Source: Promethearchaeota archaeon (GTDB lineage: Archaea; Asgardarchaeota; Lokiarchaeia; Sigyniarchaeales; SOKP01). From it: a stretch of 64,000 bases of DNA. Of the stretch, positions 28,775 through 38,755 are shown in pieces (positions within the stretch are counted from its first letter, which is position 1; each line of letters starts with the position of its first letter). The notes under the pieces are model-generated. The model was not told where the DNA came from. It was given only the letters and a program-made list of their open reading frames with translations, and searched no databases. The stretch spans positions 1 to 64,000 of the forward strand of contig JBHLON010000015.1 of the NCBI GenBank assembly GCA_048940445.1, in the 5' to 3' direction. The position numbers and the translations under genes were made by a program.

Positions 28775-29638
28775 TTATCTATTTTTTCTTATCTGATAAG
28801 CCAAATCAACTATTTCAGTCAATTGAGAATTCACATCATGAGTTCGAATTATATGTACACCATTATATACTGCTATAGCTGTAGCAGAAAGAGTACCATT
28901 TAATCTATTCTCTGGGTCAGGAATATTTAAAGCAGTTCCTATAAAAGATTTTCTCGAGATAGCAATAAGAATAGGTTTATTTAAGATTCTTAATTTATTT
29001 AGATTTGCTATTATTTTTAAATCATATTTATATGTTTTTTCTTCAGTCCAGTGTCCAATTCCGGGGTCTAGGATTACTTTATTAATATCATATCCTTTAG
29101 ACTTCAAATGTTTAGTAGTTCTCTTAAATTCATGGATTATTTCTTCTATAGTTAATAAATCGCCTGGTATTTCTTTTGATGCCATTAAAATTGTAGGTAA
29201 ATCTTTTTCATTCACAAAATCAGCTAAGGAAGGATCAGTTTTAAAACAACTTACATCATTGATTATTATTTTCTTTTTATCTTTTTCGGAAATCTCAAAA
29301 GCTTTTTCAGCTACTTGTGTATATTGGGTATCAACAGAGATAATTATATCATTTGGAATGATTTCACATAAAAGCTCCATTGCTGGTTTAAATCTATCTA
29401 TTTCTTCATCAATAGTAATTTTCTTTGACCACGGAGCAGTTGATCTTGCCCCCAAATCCAATATTTTTGCACCGCTTTCAATCATCTCTAAAGCAGCTAT
29501 TTTCATTTTATCAAGAGTTTCATAAACAGAACCTCGATAGAAAGATTCTGGGCTTAAATTTAAAACACCCATTACAACTGGTGAAAAATCATCCCCGATT
29601 TCTAAATATTCAAATAAATTTGCATATATTTTCTTCAA
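28775..29638 (-). CDS. folP: Dihydropteroate synthase
   Basis: VMGVLNLSPESF, LDLGARST, ISVDT, INDVS, LDPGIG, SRKSF, IRTHDV. Confidence 0.9.
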   Translation of the reverse strand: MKKIYANLFEYLEIGDDFSPVVMGVLNLSPESFYRGSVYETLDKMKIAALEMIESGAKILDLGARSTAPWSKKITIDEEIDRFKPAMELLCEIIPNDIIISVDTQYTQVAEKAFEISEKDKKKIIINDVSCFKTDPSLADFVNEKDLPTILMASKEIPGDLLTIEEIIHEFKRTTKHLKSKGYDINKVILDPGIGHWTEEKTYKYDLKIIANLNKLRILNKPILIAISRKSFIGTALNIPDPENRLNGTLSATAIAVYNGVHIIRTHDVNSQLTEIVDLAYQIRKNR

Positions 29639-29709
29639 GGTTATCTATAATTGTAAAAAACTATATCAAATAAGTTTAATTTTTTAATCTCCAAATAAGT
29701 TCTTTACAA

Positions 29710-30627
29710 TTAAATTTCCGATTTTGATCTAATCAAATCAGAAATTTTTACTTCAGGATGGTGATACTTTTTGTTATATGCTACTATCTCACCATAAATT
29801 GCATTATTAGGGCACCATACATAACATGCATAACATGTTTCGCAATGATGCTGCCATAAGGGTTTACCATTCACGATTTCTATATTATCAACTGGACAAA
29901 TTTGAGCACAAATTCCGCAACTATTACACTTATCATTGACTTTGAAGCTTTTATCAGCAAGATGGATAAGTTGCTCGAATGAATAATGGATCTTATCTTC
30001 TGTTTTTTCCTTAGAAACTTCAGAGACTTCAGCAAGTTTTTTATAATGCAAACGAAATATGGCTTTAGATAGTGAAATTAATGGTGAAAGCTTAGATGTC
30101 TCAAATATTCCTTCCTTCAAATCAGAAATATAAATTATTATTTGTTCAAGTTTTTTATTCCATTTCTCATACAATTCTTGCTGTTTATCTGTATCTTTCA
30201 TGATTGCTTCTTTCGAATCAATTTTTTTATGAAAAAAAGAACTTTTTATTTTTAATCCTGGTGAATAAGGAACAGACATTTTTACTGTAAATCCTGCAGA
30301 AAGCTTTCCACCTTGAGTACTGATTAGATATTTAAATTTTTTAATAGTCTTACCTGGTCCTCCTGCATGATTACATATAGCAAATATGTATTTGGGAGTT
30401 AGATTTTTAAGTTTTTTTACAAATCGTTGAACAATGAGAGGAACGCCCCCAAAATCTGCATAATAGACTGGAAAAACAATTCCAACAACATCTGCTTCGA
30501 TCTCTATATTATGTATTTTTTTTAAAGCCACAATAGAAGTTAATTTCCCATTCAATTTTTTAGCAACATCTCTCGCTACAACGTAAGAATTTCCCGTTCC
30601 TGTGAAATAATAAATATGTGTTTTGAT
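29710..30627 (-). CDS. EFR1-type flavodoxin/ferredoxin fusion
   Basis: The frame extends 24 codons upstream of the listed TTG, to ATC at 30627: (M)KTHIYYFTGTGNSYVVA (flavodoxin P-loop), after AGGTG. C-terminal CNSCGICAQICP and CETCYACYVWCP. Confidence 0.85.
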   Translation of the reverse strand: MKTHIYYFTGTGNSYVVARDVAKKLNGKLTSIVALKKIHNIEIEADVVGIVFPVYYADFGGVPLIVQRFVKKLKNLTPKYIFAICNHAGGPGKTIKKFKYLISTQGGKLSAGFTVKMSVPYSPGLKIKSSFFHKKIDSKEAIMKDTDKQQELYEKWNKKLEQIIIYISDLKEGIFETSKLSPLISLSKAIFRLHYKKLAEVSEVSKEKTEDKIHYSFEQLIHLADKSFKVNDKCNSCGICAQICPVDNIEIVNGKPLWQHHCETCYACYVWCPNNAIYGEIVAYNKKYHHPEVKISDLIRSKSEI

Positions 30628-30995
30628 TTGATAACACCTTAATATTAGGAATTTTAATTTTTAATTATATCATAAACATAATTAATCACTCTCTATAAGT
30701 TGTTCTCATTTTCTTAAAAATTCTGGAAGCTATTTAGCCGGTTGCAGTTAGGATACAATTTAAAATACATTATAAATAACAAAATAATAACATGGTCATT
30801 ATATTGAAATATTTAGAGAAAGAAAAAGTTCTTCAAAAACAATTAAGCTGAACTCTTTGATAAAAAATAATGAATTGTAAATCATTTTTAATTCCTTTTT
30901 CATTTTATATTGTAAAGATGTGGATTTTGATCACTAGTCTATACACTTTTATAGGCGAAAATTGATTTAAAATAAGCTTAATTTTTTAATTTAGA

Positions 30996-31778
30996 ATGGA
31001 ACTTTTTGCAATCAAACTGCCACTTATTAAGGAAAATGATGATCTACTCAATATCATTATTGATAATGTTAAAAAGCTAAAAGGATCCTTGCATGAAAGG
31101 GACATTGTGGTTATAGCTGAGAAGGTTGTGGCAACATCTCAAGGAAGAGTGATTAATTTATCAGATGTTAAAAATATCTCAAAAAGAGCTAAAAAACTAG
31201 CGAAAGAGTATGATATGGATAGGAGGTTAGTCCAGCTTATATTAGATGAAGCATCGATGGTTTTAGGAGGTATGAAACACGTAATTTTAACTAAAGTAAA
31301 CGATTTTTTAATTGCAAACTCAGGAATAGATCAATCTAATGCGGGACTGGGTAAAGTTGTATTACTACCAACAGATTTATATGATGTTGTGTGGGATTAT
31401 TGGAAAAGATTGAAAACTGAATTTAATTTAAATAAGCTTGGGATTATAATAGCAGATTCCCGCGTCCAGCCTTTAAGAAAAGGTACTATAGGTATAGCCA
31501 TAGCAACTGCGGGATTTGAACCAATTGAGGATTTACGAGGAAAACCAGATCTTTTTAATAGACCTTTAGAGATAACAATGAGAGCTATAGCTGATGATCT
31601 TGCAAGTGCCGCTCAATTTTTGTTAAGTGAAGCCAACAAACAAACACCAGTTGTAATTATTCGAGGAGTAGATATGGATTTTACAGAAAAACCAAAACTA
31701 ACAATGGAAATGCCTCCAGAAGAATGCCTTTATATGAATATATTCTCAAAATATCTTCTAAAGAAGAAACAAGATTGA
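30996..31778 (+). CDS. cofE: Coenzyme F420-0:L-glutamate ligase family protein
   Basis: DIVVIAEKVVATSQG, ANSGIDQSN, GIIIADS, DLRGKPDLF, AIADDLASAA, PVVIIRG. Confidence 0.85.
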   Translation: MELFAIKLPLIKENDDLLNIIIDNVKKLKGSLHERDIVVIAEKVVATSQGRVINLSDVKNISKRAKKLAKEYDMDRRLVQLILDEASMVLGGMKHVILTKVNDFLIANSGIDQSNAGLGKVVLLPTDLYDVVWDYWKRLKTEFNLNKLGIIIADSRVQPLRKGTIGIAIATAGFEPIEDLRGKPDLFNRPLEITMRAIADDLASAAQFLLSEANKQTPVVIIRGVDMDFTEKPKLTMEMPPEECLYMNIFSKYLLKKKQD

Positions 31779-31811
31779 TTGTATTGAACAATTCTAAAAA
31801 ATTTAAAAGAA

Positions 31812-32801
31812 TTAGATAATTTTTAAACGTTGAAATAAACCAGTAATTAATATAGGTAATGCAATGGTTGCATCACACCACACACTTACATATTTTGATT
31901 CTAAGGAATATTTACCCCACGATTTAGATTCACTAATAGTACACCCAGAAAGGCCTCCATCATACTCAGTTGCAGTATGTATCCTTACAGAATAATTATA
32001 TCCTATAGTTTCCATATTATCAATTTGATCCAACAGTGGAAAGATTTGTTGAGCCCAATTTCGAGGCACTCCTCCTCCAATTATTATAGTTCCATATTCT
32101 TCTGCATTTCTAATGATATTGGCAAACTTTAATACATCCCCAAAAATATCAAGAGTGAATTTATAACCATCTTTAACAGAATATTTAATCATATCTAATG
32201 CAAATTCTGAATCTGAAAATGCTGGAACAAATATAGGAACATTATATTTCGCAGCTAAAGAAAGAATACATCTTGATCCCATTTTTTCGCCTACTTTTTT
32301 AAACAAATCTGAGGGTGTTATTTCAATATTTTTAGAATTAAATGAATCATGAATTATGTGTAATAATAAATCTTCTGCTTTTTTATAATTATCCTCGGGT
32401 AAAAATACATCATATATTCTATTAATACGTACTTTGAATAGCTCTTCATCATCTATATTGGTAGTTCCCATATAATGACCAATATCCGATGCTACGTCAA
32501 CTAAGTCATGTATTACATTTGCTCCAGTACTCACTATAGCATCAATAAGGTTATGTTCGATTAAAGCACATATTATTTCACCCATCCCTGCTGGAACCAT
32601 TGCACCTGAAAGGGTTAAAACAGTTAAAATGTTGTCGTCAGAGACCATTTTATAAAGTATATCAAGAGCAATTCCTAGATTTCTACCTTGAAATCCACAA
32701 TTTTTTAAGGAATTTAGTAAATCTTCTATATTTTTTACATTATAGACATTAAATGGAGTAATTTTTTTAATTAGGTATTCTTCTAAATGATGCTTATCCA
32801 T
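31812..32801 (-). CDS. dys: Deoxyhypusine synthase
   Basis: SGAMVPAG, STGAN..HD, RIYD, PAFSDS, IGGGVPRNW, DGGLSGC...SWGK, DATIALP. Confidence 0.9.
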   Translation of the reverse strand: MDKHHLEEYLIKKITPFNVYNVKNIEDLLNSLKNCGFQGRNLGIALDILYKMVSDDNILTVLTLSGAMVPAGMGEIICALIEHNLIDAIVSTGANVIHDLVDVASDIGHYMGTTNIDDEELFKVRINRIYDVFLPEDNYKKAEDLLLHIIHDSFNSKNIEITPSDLFKKVGEKMGSRCILSLAAKYNVPIFVPAFSDSEFALDMIKYSVKDGYKFTLDIFGDVLKFANIIRNAEEYGTIIIGGGVPRNWAQQIFPLLDQIDNMETIGYNYSVRIHTATEYDGGLSGCTISESKSWGKYSLESKYVSVWCDATIALPILITGLFQRLKII

Positions 32802-33153
32802 AGATTAATAAAAATGCGTTAAATGTTTTAAATAACACTAAAATGTTATATTAGATTAGAAGCCGTAAATATTGTTTTCACTTAATTTTATACTTAAACT
32901 TTCAATATTATTTGCATTTTATTCCGGATGTCTATTTTGTATAAATTTAAAGAAATGAATTGACTCTAAGTAGAAAATTCTAATATATATTAACAAGATA
33001 TAGCAAGTAATATGAAAGATTCAAACATAGGTAAACATTTTAAATTTTATTTTAATAGTATTTTACATTATTCATATGTTTTAATTAAATTTAAATAATT
33101 TTAGTATTTATTATAATAATAATAAATATAAGAATTAAGATTAAAGCTAAGGT

Positions 33154-33702
33154 ATGTCTCTCGTCCCAAAAAAGGTTTTTTTTGTAAAAGGGAAAGGATT
33201 TCACAAGTCGAAGTTAGCAGCATTCGAACAAGCGCTTAGAGAAGCAGGTATTGAAAAATTCAATTTAGTAAACGTTTCTTCTATCTTACCACCATATTGT
33301 ATCGAAATAGATCCTAAGGATGGCTTAAAACAACTTCGTCCGGGTCAGATTGTTTATGCAGTTATTGCCAGAGCAGATTCTAATGAATATAATCGCTTAA
33401 TATGTGCTTCAATCGGAGTAGCGAAACCTGCTGATGCTGGCCATTATGGTTATTTAAGTGAACATCATTCTTTTGGGATAAAGCCTGAAAATGTTGGAGA
33501 TTTTGCCGAGGATTTAGCTGCAGAAATGCTAGCAACGACGTTGGGTGTTCCTTTTGATCCAGATGCTAATTATGATGAAAAAAAAGAGGTTTTTAAAATG
33601 GAAGGCAAAATTGTAGAGACAAAAAGTATCACCGATTCTGCTACTGTTCGAAATGAAAACGAATGGGCTTCAGTAATCGCTGCTGCGATTTTTATAATAT
33701 AG
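33154..33702 (+). CDS. pdaD: Pyruvoyl-dependent arginine decarboxylase
   Basis: FEQALREAGIEKFNLVNVSSILP (Ser-Ser autocleavage site), GYLSEHH. Confidence 0.9.
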   Translation: MSLVPKKVFFVKGKGFHKSKLAAFEQALREAGIEKFNLVNVSSILPPYCIEIDPKDGLKQLRPGQIVYAVIARADSNEYNRLICASIGVAKPADAGHYGYLSEHHSFGIKPENVGDFAEDLAAEMLATTLGVPFDPDANYDEKKEVFKMEGKIVETKSITDSATVRNENEWASVIAAAIFII

Positions 33703-33852
33703 TCTTTGTTTTTAATTTTTCACTTTTTTATCTGTTTTTAAAGTTTTTCTAAAATAAGGTATTTTATGGCATAATTTACTGTTTTTAGTGAAATTTTTTA
33801 GAAATACTATATTTTCATATATATCAACTAACTGAATCGTTAAGTTTTTAAG

Positions 33853-35154
33853 ATGACTGAATTAAAATATATCACGATTGAGGAAGCTCTAAAAAAAGAT
33901 TCTGGAGAGGTAAACCTTAGGGGGTGGGTATATAGACACAGAGCATCAAATAAGTTTGTCTTTATAGTCTTAAGGGATGAATCCGATATTATACAATGTG
34001 TCATTTCTAAGAGTAAAAAACATGAAATATTTGAAGAAGCTGAGAAATTAACAATTGAATCTTCTGTAGAAATTTCAGGTGAAATAAAAAAGGATGAAAG
34101 AGCACCTACAGGTTATGAGGTTACTGTATCTAGGCTAAAAATTATTCAAGTTGCTGAACCATTCCCAATTACAGAACATCAATCTCCTGAACTTTTATAT
34201 GATAATCGGCATTTATGGTTAAGATCCAGAAAATTAACTGCAGTTCTAAAAATAAGGCACACTATTGTTGGAGCGATACATGAATTTTTTAGAAGTCACG
34301 GTTATTATGAATTTGATGCCCCAATATTCCAACCTACTCAATCTGAGGGAGGAGCTACTTTATTTGAAGTGAAATATTTTGAAGATAAGATTTATCTTAG
34401 TCAAACGTGGCAATTATATGCTGAAGCAGGTATCTTTTCACTAGGCAAAATTTACAACATGGGACCCACATTTAGAGCTGAAAGATCAAAGACTTCACGA
34501 CACTTAGCTGAATTTTGGATGGCTGAAATGGAAGCTGCTTGGATGAAATTAGAAGAAATTACAGAAGTAGCTAAATCTGAAATTAGATTTATTCTTCAAA
34601 AAGTTTTAGAAAGCAACGAGAAAGAACTTGAAGTATTAGAAAGAGATATTGAATTATTGAAACATTATGCCAAAGCAGAATATCCCACAATAAAATATGC
34701 AGAAGCATTGGAAATACTTCAACAGAAATATAAAATGGACGTACCATGGGGTAAAGATTTAAGAACAATTGAAGAAGCTAAAATTGCTGACCATTTTAAA
34801 GTACCCGTAGTGGTGACTCATTATCCCACAGAAATTATGGGCTTTTACAAACCACCAAGTAAGGAAAATCCCAAAGAAGCATTATGCTTTGATATGCTAG
34901 CCCCTGAGGGATACTGTGAAATCATAGGTGGTTCAGAAAGAAGTTTATTAGTAGAAGATATGATGAAGAGATTAAAAGCACAAGGAGAAGACCCAAAAAA
35001 TTATGAATGGTATTTCGAATTGAGAAAATATGGAAGCGTTCCTCATTCTGGTTATGGATTAGGTGTAGAAAGAGTAGTATCTTGGATCTGTGGATTGGAT
35101 AATATTAAAGATGCCATTCCATTTCCCAGAACAATGGTTAGAAAGACGCCTTAA
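33853..35154 (+). CDS. asnS: Asparagine--tRNA ligase
   Basis: OB-fold N-terminus, RHLWLR, YLSQTWQLYAE, FRAERSKTSRHLAEFW, PHSGYGLGVER. These are AsnRS-type, not the AspRS QSPQLYKQ. Confidence 0.9.
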   Translation: MTELKYITIEEALKKDSGEVNLRGWVYRHRASNKFVFIVLRDESDIIQCVISKSKKHEIFEEAEKLTIESSVEISGEIKKDERAPTGYEVTVSRLKIIQVAEPFPITEHQSPELLYDNRHLWLRSRKLTAVLKIRHTIVGAIHEFFRSHGYYEFDAPIFQPTQSEGGATLFEVKYFEDKIYLSQTWQLYAEAGIFSLGKIYNMGPTFRAERSKTSRHLAEFWMAEMEAAWMKLEEITEVAKSEIRFILQKVLESNEKELEVLERDIELLKHYAKAEYPTIKYAEALEILQQKYKMDVPWGKDLRTIEEAKIADHFKVPVVVTHYPTEIMGFYKPPSKENPKEALCFDMLAPEGYCEIIGGSERSLLVEDMMKRLKAQGEDPKNYEWYFELRKYGSVPHSGYGLGVERVVSWICGLDNIKDAIPFPRTMVRKTP

Positions 35155-35289
35155 CAATTAGAATTTATCAAATTTAAATTCTTTCTAACTACTTTCAATC
35201 AAATTTTTTAGAAATCCAGAACTATTATCGATGAATTACATAATATTGGCTATAATTTTGTAGTTTACATGAAAGGAAGGTTGTACTAA

Positions 35290-36759
35290 ATGCAACTCAC
35301 TAATCTTATGGGATATGAAATAATCGAAAAAATAAAAAAAAGAGAAATTACAGTTCGAGATGTAATTAGTGAAACCTTTCAAAGAATAGAAAAATATGAT
35401 CATCTCCTTCATTCTTTTGTAAATCTTTCACAAGAAAAAGCATTCGCAAAAGCAAAAGAATATGATGTTAAAATTCAGAATGGTGAAAAGGTTGGAAGCT
35501 TATGTGGATTACCTTTAGCAAATAAAGATTTAATATGTGTTAAAAACTTTCCTACAACCTGTTGTTCAAAGATTTTAAAAGATTATTATCCACCTTATAA
35601 TGCTTATGTAATAAACCGCCTGTTGGAACAAGAAGGAGCAATTCATTTAGGTAACACAAATATGGACGAGTTTGCCATGGGAAGTTCAACAGAGAACAGT
35701 TGCTATGGTCCTACATATAACCCTTGGGATTTAGAAAGAGTTCCAGGAGGCTCAAGTGGAGGATCAGCTGCTTCTATATCAGCAGGATTATCCATCATAG
35801 CTTTAGGAAGTGATACTGGAGGGAGTATCAGGTGCCCAGCATCTTTTTGCGGTGTAGTTGGATTAAAACCTACTTATGGCAGAGTTTCACGTTATGGATT
35901 AATTGCTTTTGCAAATTCATTAGATCAAATTGGTCCAATAACAAAATGTGTTTATGACTCTGCTTTATTACTTGAAATCATCTCTGGCAAAGATATGTTT
36001 GATTCAACTTCAGTAAATGTAAAGATTGATAAATACACAAATGAAATTGAGAAACCATTATACAAAATGCAAATTGGAGTCCCAGAAGAATTTTTTGGTG
36101 AGGGAGTTACTCCTCAAGTAAAAAAATCTGTTAACAAATCAATTGAGAAACTTGAAAATTTAGGAGTCACTATTAATGAAATGACAATTCCACATCTAGA
36201 ATATACTGTTGCGACTTATTATTTACTCTGTATGAGTGAAGCAAGCTCAAATTTAGCTCGATTTGACGGATTAAGATATGGGAAAATGAGTTCAGATTTA
36301 TCTGGCGATGTATTTGATGTCTATGCAAGAACAAGAGCAAAAAATTTTGGGAATGAAGTAAGAAGGAGGATTTTTTTAGGAACCTACGCCTTATCTGCAG
36401 GATATTACGATCAATATTATTTAAAAGCTCTTAAAATTAGAAGTTTAATTAAAAATGATTTTCAAAAAGCTTTCAAAAAATATGACGCAATTGTATGCCC
36501 GACAATGCCTCGTACTGCTTTTAAGATTGGAGAATTAATAAATGATCCAGTTCAGATGTACATCACAGATATTTTAACGTGTCCAGTTAATCTAGCAGGT
36601 CTACCTGCTCTTTCAATCCCCTGTGGTTTTGATAATCTTGGATTACCAATTGGTTTTCAAATAATTGGAAATTATTTTGATGAAAAAAGAATTCTTAATA
36701 TTGGATATCAATTAGAGCAAGAATTAAACATTTTCAGGAAAATGCCGTCCTTGAATTAA
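35290..36759 (+). CDS. gatA: Asp/Glu-tRNA amidotransferase subunit A
   Basis: NMDEFAMGSSTE, PGGSSGGSA, GSDTGGSIRCPA, SSNLARFDG.RYG, EVRRRIFLGTYALSAGYY. Confidence 0.95.
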   Translation: MQLTNLMGYEIIEKIKKREITVRDVISETFQRIEKYDHLLHSFVNLSQEKAFAKAKEYDVKIQNGEKVGSLCGLPLANKDLICVKNFPTTCCSKILKDYYPPYNAYVINRLLEQEGAIHLGNTNMDEFAMGSSTENSCYGPTYNPWDLERVPGGSSGGSAASISAGLSIIALGSDTGGSIRCPASFCGVVGLKPTYGRVSRYGLIAFANSLDQIGPITKCVYDSALLLEIISGKDMFDSTSVNVKIDKYTNEIEKPLYKMQIGVPEEFFGEGVTPQVKKSVNKSIEKLENLGVTINEMTIPHLEYTVATYYLLCMSEASSNLARFDGLRYGKMSSDLSGDVFDVYARTRAKNFGNEVRRRIFLGTYALSAGYYDQYYLKALKIRSLIKNDFQKAFKKYDAIVCPTMPRTAFKIGELINDPVQMYITDILTCPVNLAGLPALSIPCGFDNLGLPIGFQIIGNYFDEKRILNIGYQLEQELNIFRKMPSLN

Positions 36760-36773
36760 GAGTGTGAATTAAA

Positions 36774-38216
36774 GTGAACAATGAAAATTCAGGAATTATC
36801 ATTGGTTTAGAAGTCCATATTCAATTAACCAATTTAAAAACTAAACTTTTCTGCAGTTGTAATAGTGATTATCGAGACGCTACACCTAATACCCATTTAT
36901 GCCCAATTTGCATTGGTCTACCAGGTTCCTTACCAGTGTTAAATGAAAGAGCAATCGAATACGCAACAAGACTTGCTATAGCTCTCAACTGTCAAATCAA
37001 TGATTTCATGTACTTCTTTCGTAAAAATTATTTTTATCCAGACCTCCCCAAAGGATTTCAGATATCTCAATATAATAAGGCAGGAGGTAAAGCATTTGCA
37101 AATGGGGGAACGGTAGCTATTAAAATTAATTCAGATAAAAAGACTATTCTACTTAATAGAATTCATTTGGAAGAAGATCCAGCAAGATTAGTTCATAAGG
37201 GATCTATAAGGACTTCCCCTTATACATTAGTGGACTATAATCGTTCTGGAATAGCGTTAATAGAGATTGTTACAGAACCAGTATTAAATTCACCAGCTGA
37301 GGCAAGAGAGTTCTTAAATCAACTTAAATTGATCGTGCAATATACAGGAATCTCTAATTTGAATTTGGAAGGTTCTTTAAGAGTAGATGCAAATATTTCA
37401 ATTAAAGGACATGCAAGAGCTGAGGTAAAAAACATTTCTAGTTTTAAGGAAGTTGAAAGTGCTTTATTATATGAAATCATGCGCCAAAAAAATGAATTAA
37501 AAAAAGGAAAAGAGATTCTTCAGGAAACAAGGCACTGGGATGGAAGAGTCACAATTGCCTTAAGGACAAAAGAATTTGAAAAAGATTATAGATATTTTCC
37601 AGAACAAGATTTAGTTCCTATCATAATCGATAAAGAATTCATCAATTCGATAAAAGAGAGAATGCCAGAAATGCCATATGATAGAGTTTCTCGTTTCCAA
37701 AGACAATATATGCTTTCTGAGTTTGATGCTGAAAATCTAATTCTTGATAAAGAGATTGCTGATTTTTATGAAAATGGTGTTAACTCGGATCCAACCTTCG
37801 GTCCAGATGAGTTTAAATTATATTGCAACTGGCTAATGAATGATATTGTTGGCTGGTTAAATGAAAATAATGTAAGGATCGTAGACACACAATTAAAGCC
37901 ACATCATATCGTTGATTTAATTTTAAATATTAGGAAAGGGAATATTACGACCAAGATTGCAAAGACACTCATCTCGGATATGATGAAAGGAAAAACTATT
38001 TCAAAAATTATAGAAGATAAAGGCAAGAAACGAATCTCAGATGAAAATATCTTGAAAGAATATTGTATAGAAGTGATTCAAGAAAATCCAACAATTATCA
38101 AGGACTTAGCAAAAAATGAAAAAGCATTTGAAGCACTAGTAGGTAGAGTAATGGGAAAGACAAAAGGTCAAGCAGATCCCAAAATCACAAGAAAAATTTT
38201 AAATAGGTTACTATAA
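36774..38216 (+). CDS. gatB: Asp/Glu-tRNA amidotransferase subunit B
   Basis: IGLEVH, TKLFC, RKNYFYPDLPKGFQISQ, IHLEED, EIVTEP, DYRYFPE, GQADP. Confidence 0.95.
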   Translation: MNNENSGIIIGLEVHIQLTNLKTKLFCSCNSDYRDATPNTHLCPICIGLPGSLPVLNERAIEYATRLAIALNCQINDFMYFFRKNYFYPDLPKGFQISQYNKAGGKAFANGGTVAIKINSDKKTILLNRIHLEEDPARLVHKGSIRTSPYTLVDYNRSGIALIEIVTEPVLNSPAEAREFLNQLKLIVQYTGISNLNLEGSLRVDANISIKGHARAEVKNISSFKEVESALLYEIMRQKNELKKGKEILQETRHWDGRVTIALRTKEFEKDYRYFPEQDLVPIIIDKEFINSIKERMPEMPYDRVSRFQRQYMLSEFDAENLILDKEIADFYENGVNSDPTFGPDEFKLYCNWLMNDIVGWLNENNVRIVDTQLKPHHIVDLILNIRKGNITTKIAKTLISDMMKGKTISKIIEDKGKKRISDENILKEYCIEVIQENPTIIKDLAKNEKAFEALVGRVMGKTKGQADPKITRKILNRLL

Positions 38217-38250
38217 TATTTTTGAGAAAAAAAGAGAATTAGATTATAAT

Positions 38251-38604
38251 CTAAAGTAAAGTCTTAAGCGTTTCTACTGCAGCACTTAATTTCAAATTAA
38301 TTATCCCTAATTGAGCTTCTACGGTTGTTATTATACACAAGATATTACCACCGACTTCAGAAAAAAGAATCCTTCCTTTTTCACTTTCTATAATCGCATT
38401 AAAAAATTGTCCTTGTTCTAATTCTTTTGTAGCTCTTTGAGATGCCTTCAGAATAAGTGTTACCATAGCTGCAACAGCTTCTGGATCCACCCATCCTGGT
38501 AATGCACTACCTTTAATCAACCCAAACTTTTCAATAAGGGCAGCTCCATGAACACCTTTGATTGATTTAAGACTTTCAAGAATTTCTCCTATTCTATCGC
38601 TCAT
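38251..38604 (-). CDS. Roadblock/LC7 (MglB-like) domain protein
   Basis: GVHGAALIEKFGLIKGS, AVAAM, ELEQG...IIESEKG, AQLGII. Confidence 0.85.
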   Translation of the reverse strand: MSDRIGEILESLKSIKGVHGAALIEKFGLIKGSALPGWVDPEAVAAMVTLILKASQRATKELEQGQFFNAIIESEKGRILFSEVGGNILCIITTVEAQLGIINLKLSAAVETLKTLL

Positions 38605-38755
38605 TTAACTCATCTTTTCTACTTTTTCTATCTACTTACTTTTTTATAAATTAAATATATAATTCAATAATTAATCTTATGATAATATATAAGATATCTA
38701 AGATTTAAAAATATTTAACAATCAGATTACTATCCTCCAAAAACAAGGCTAAACT

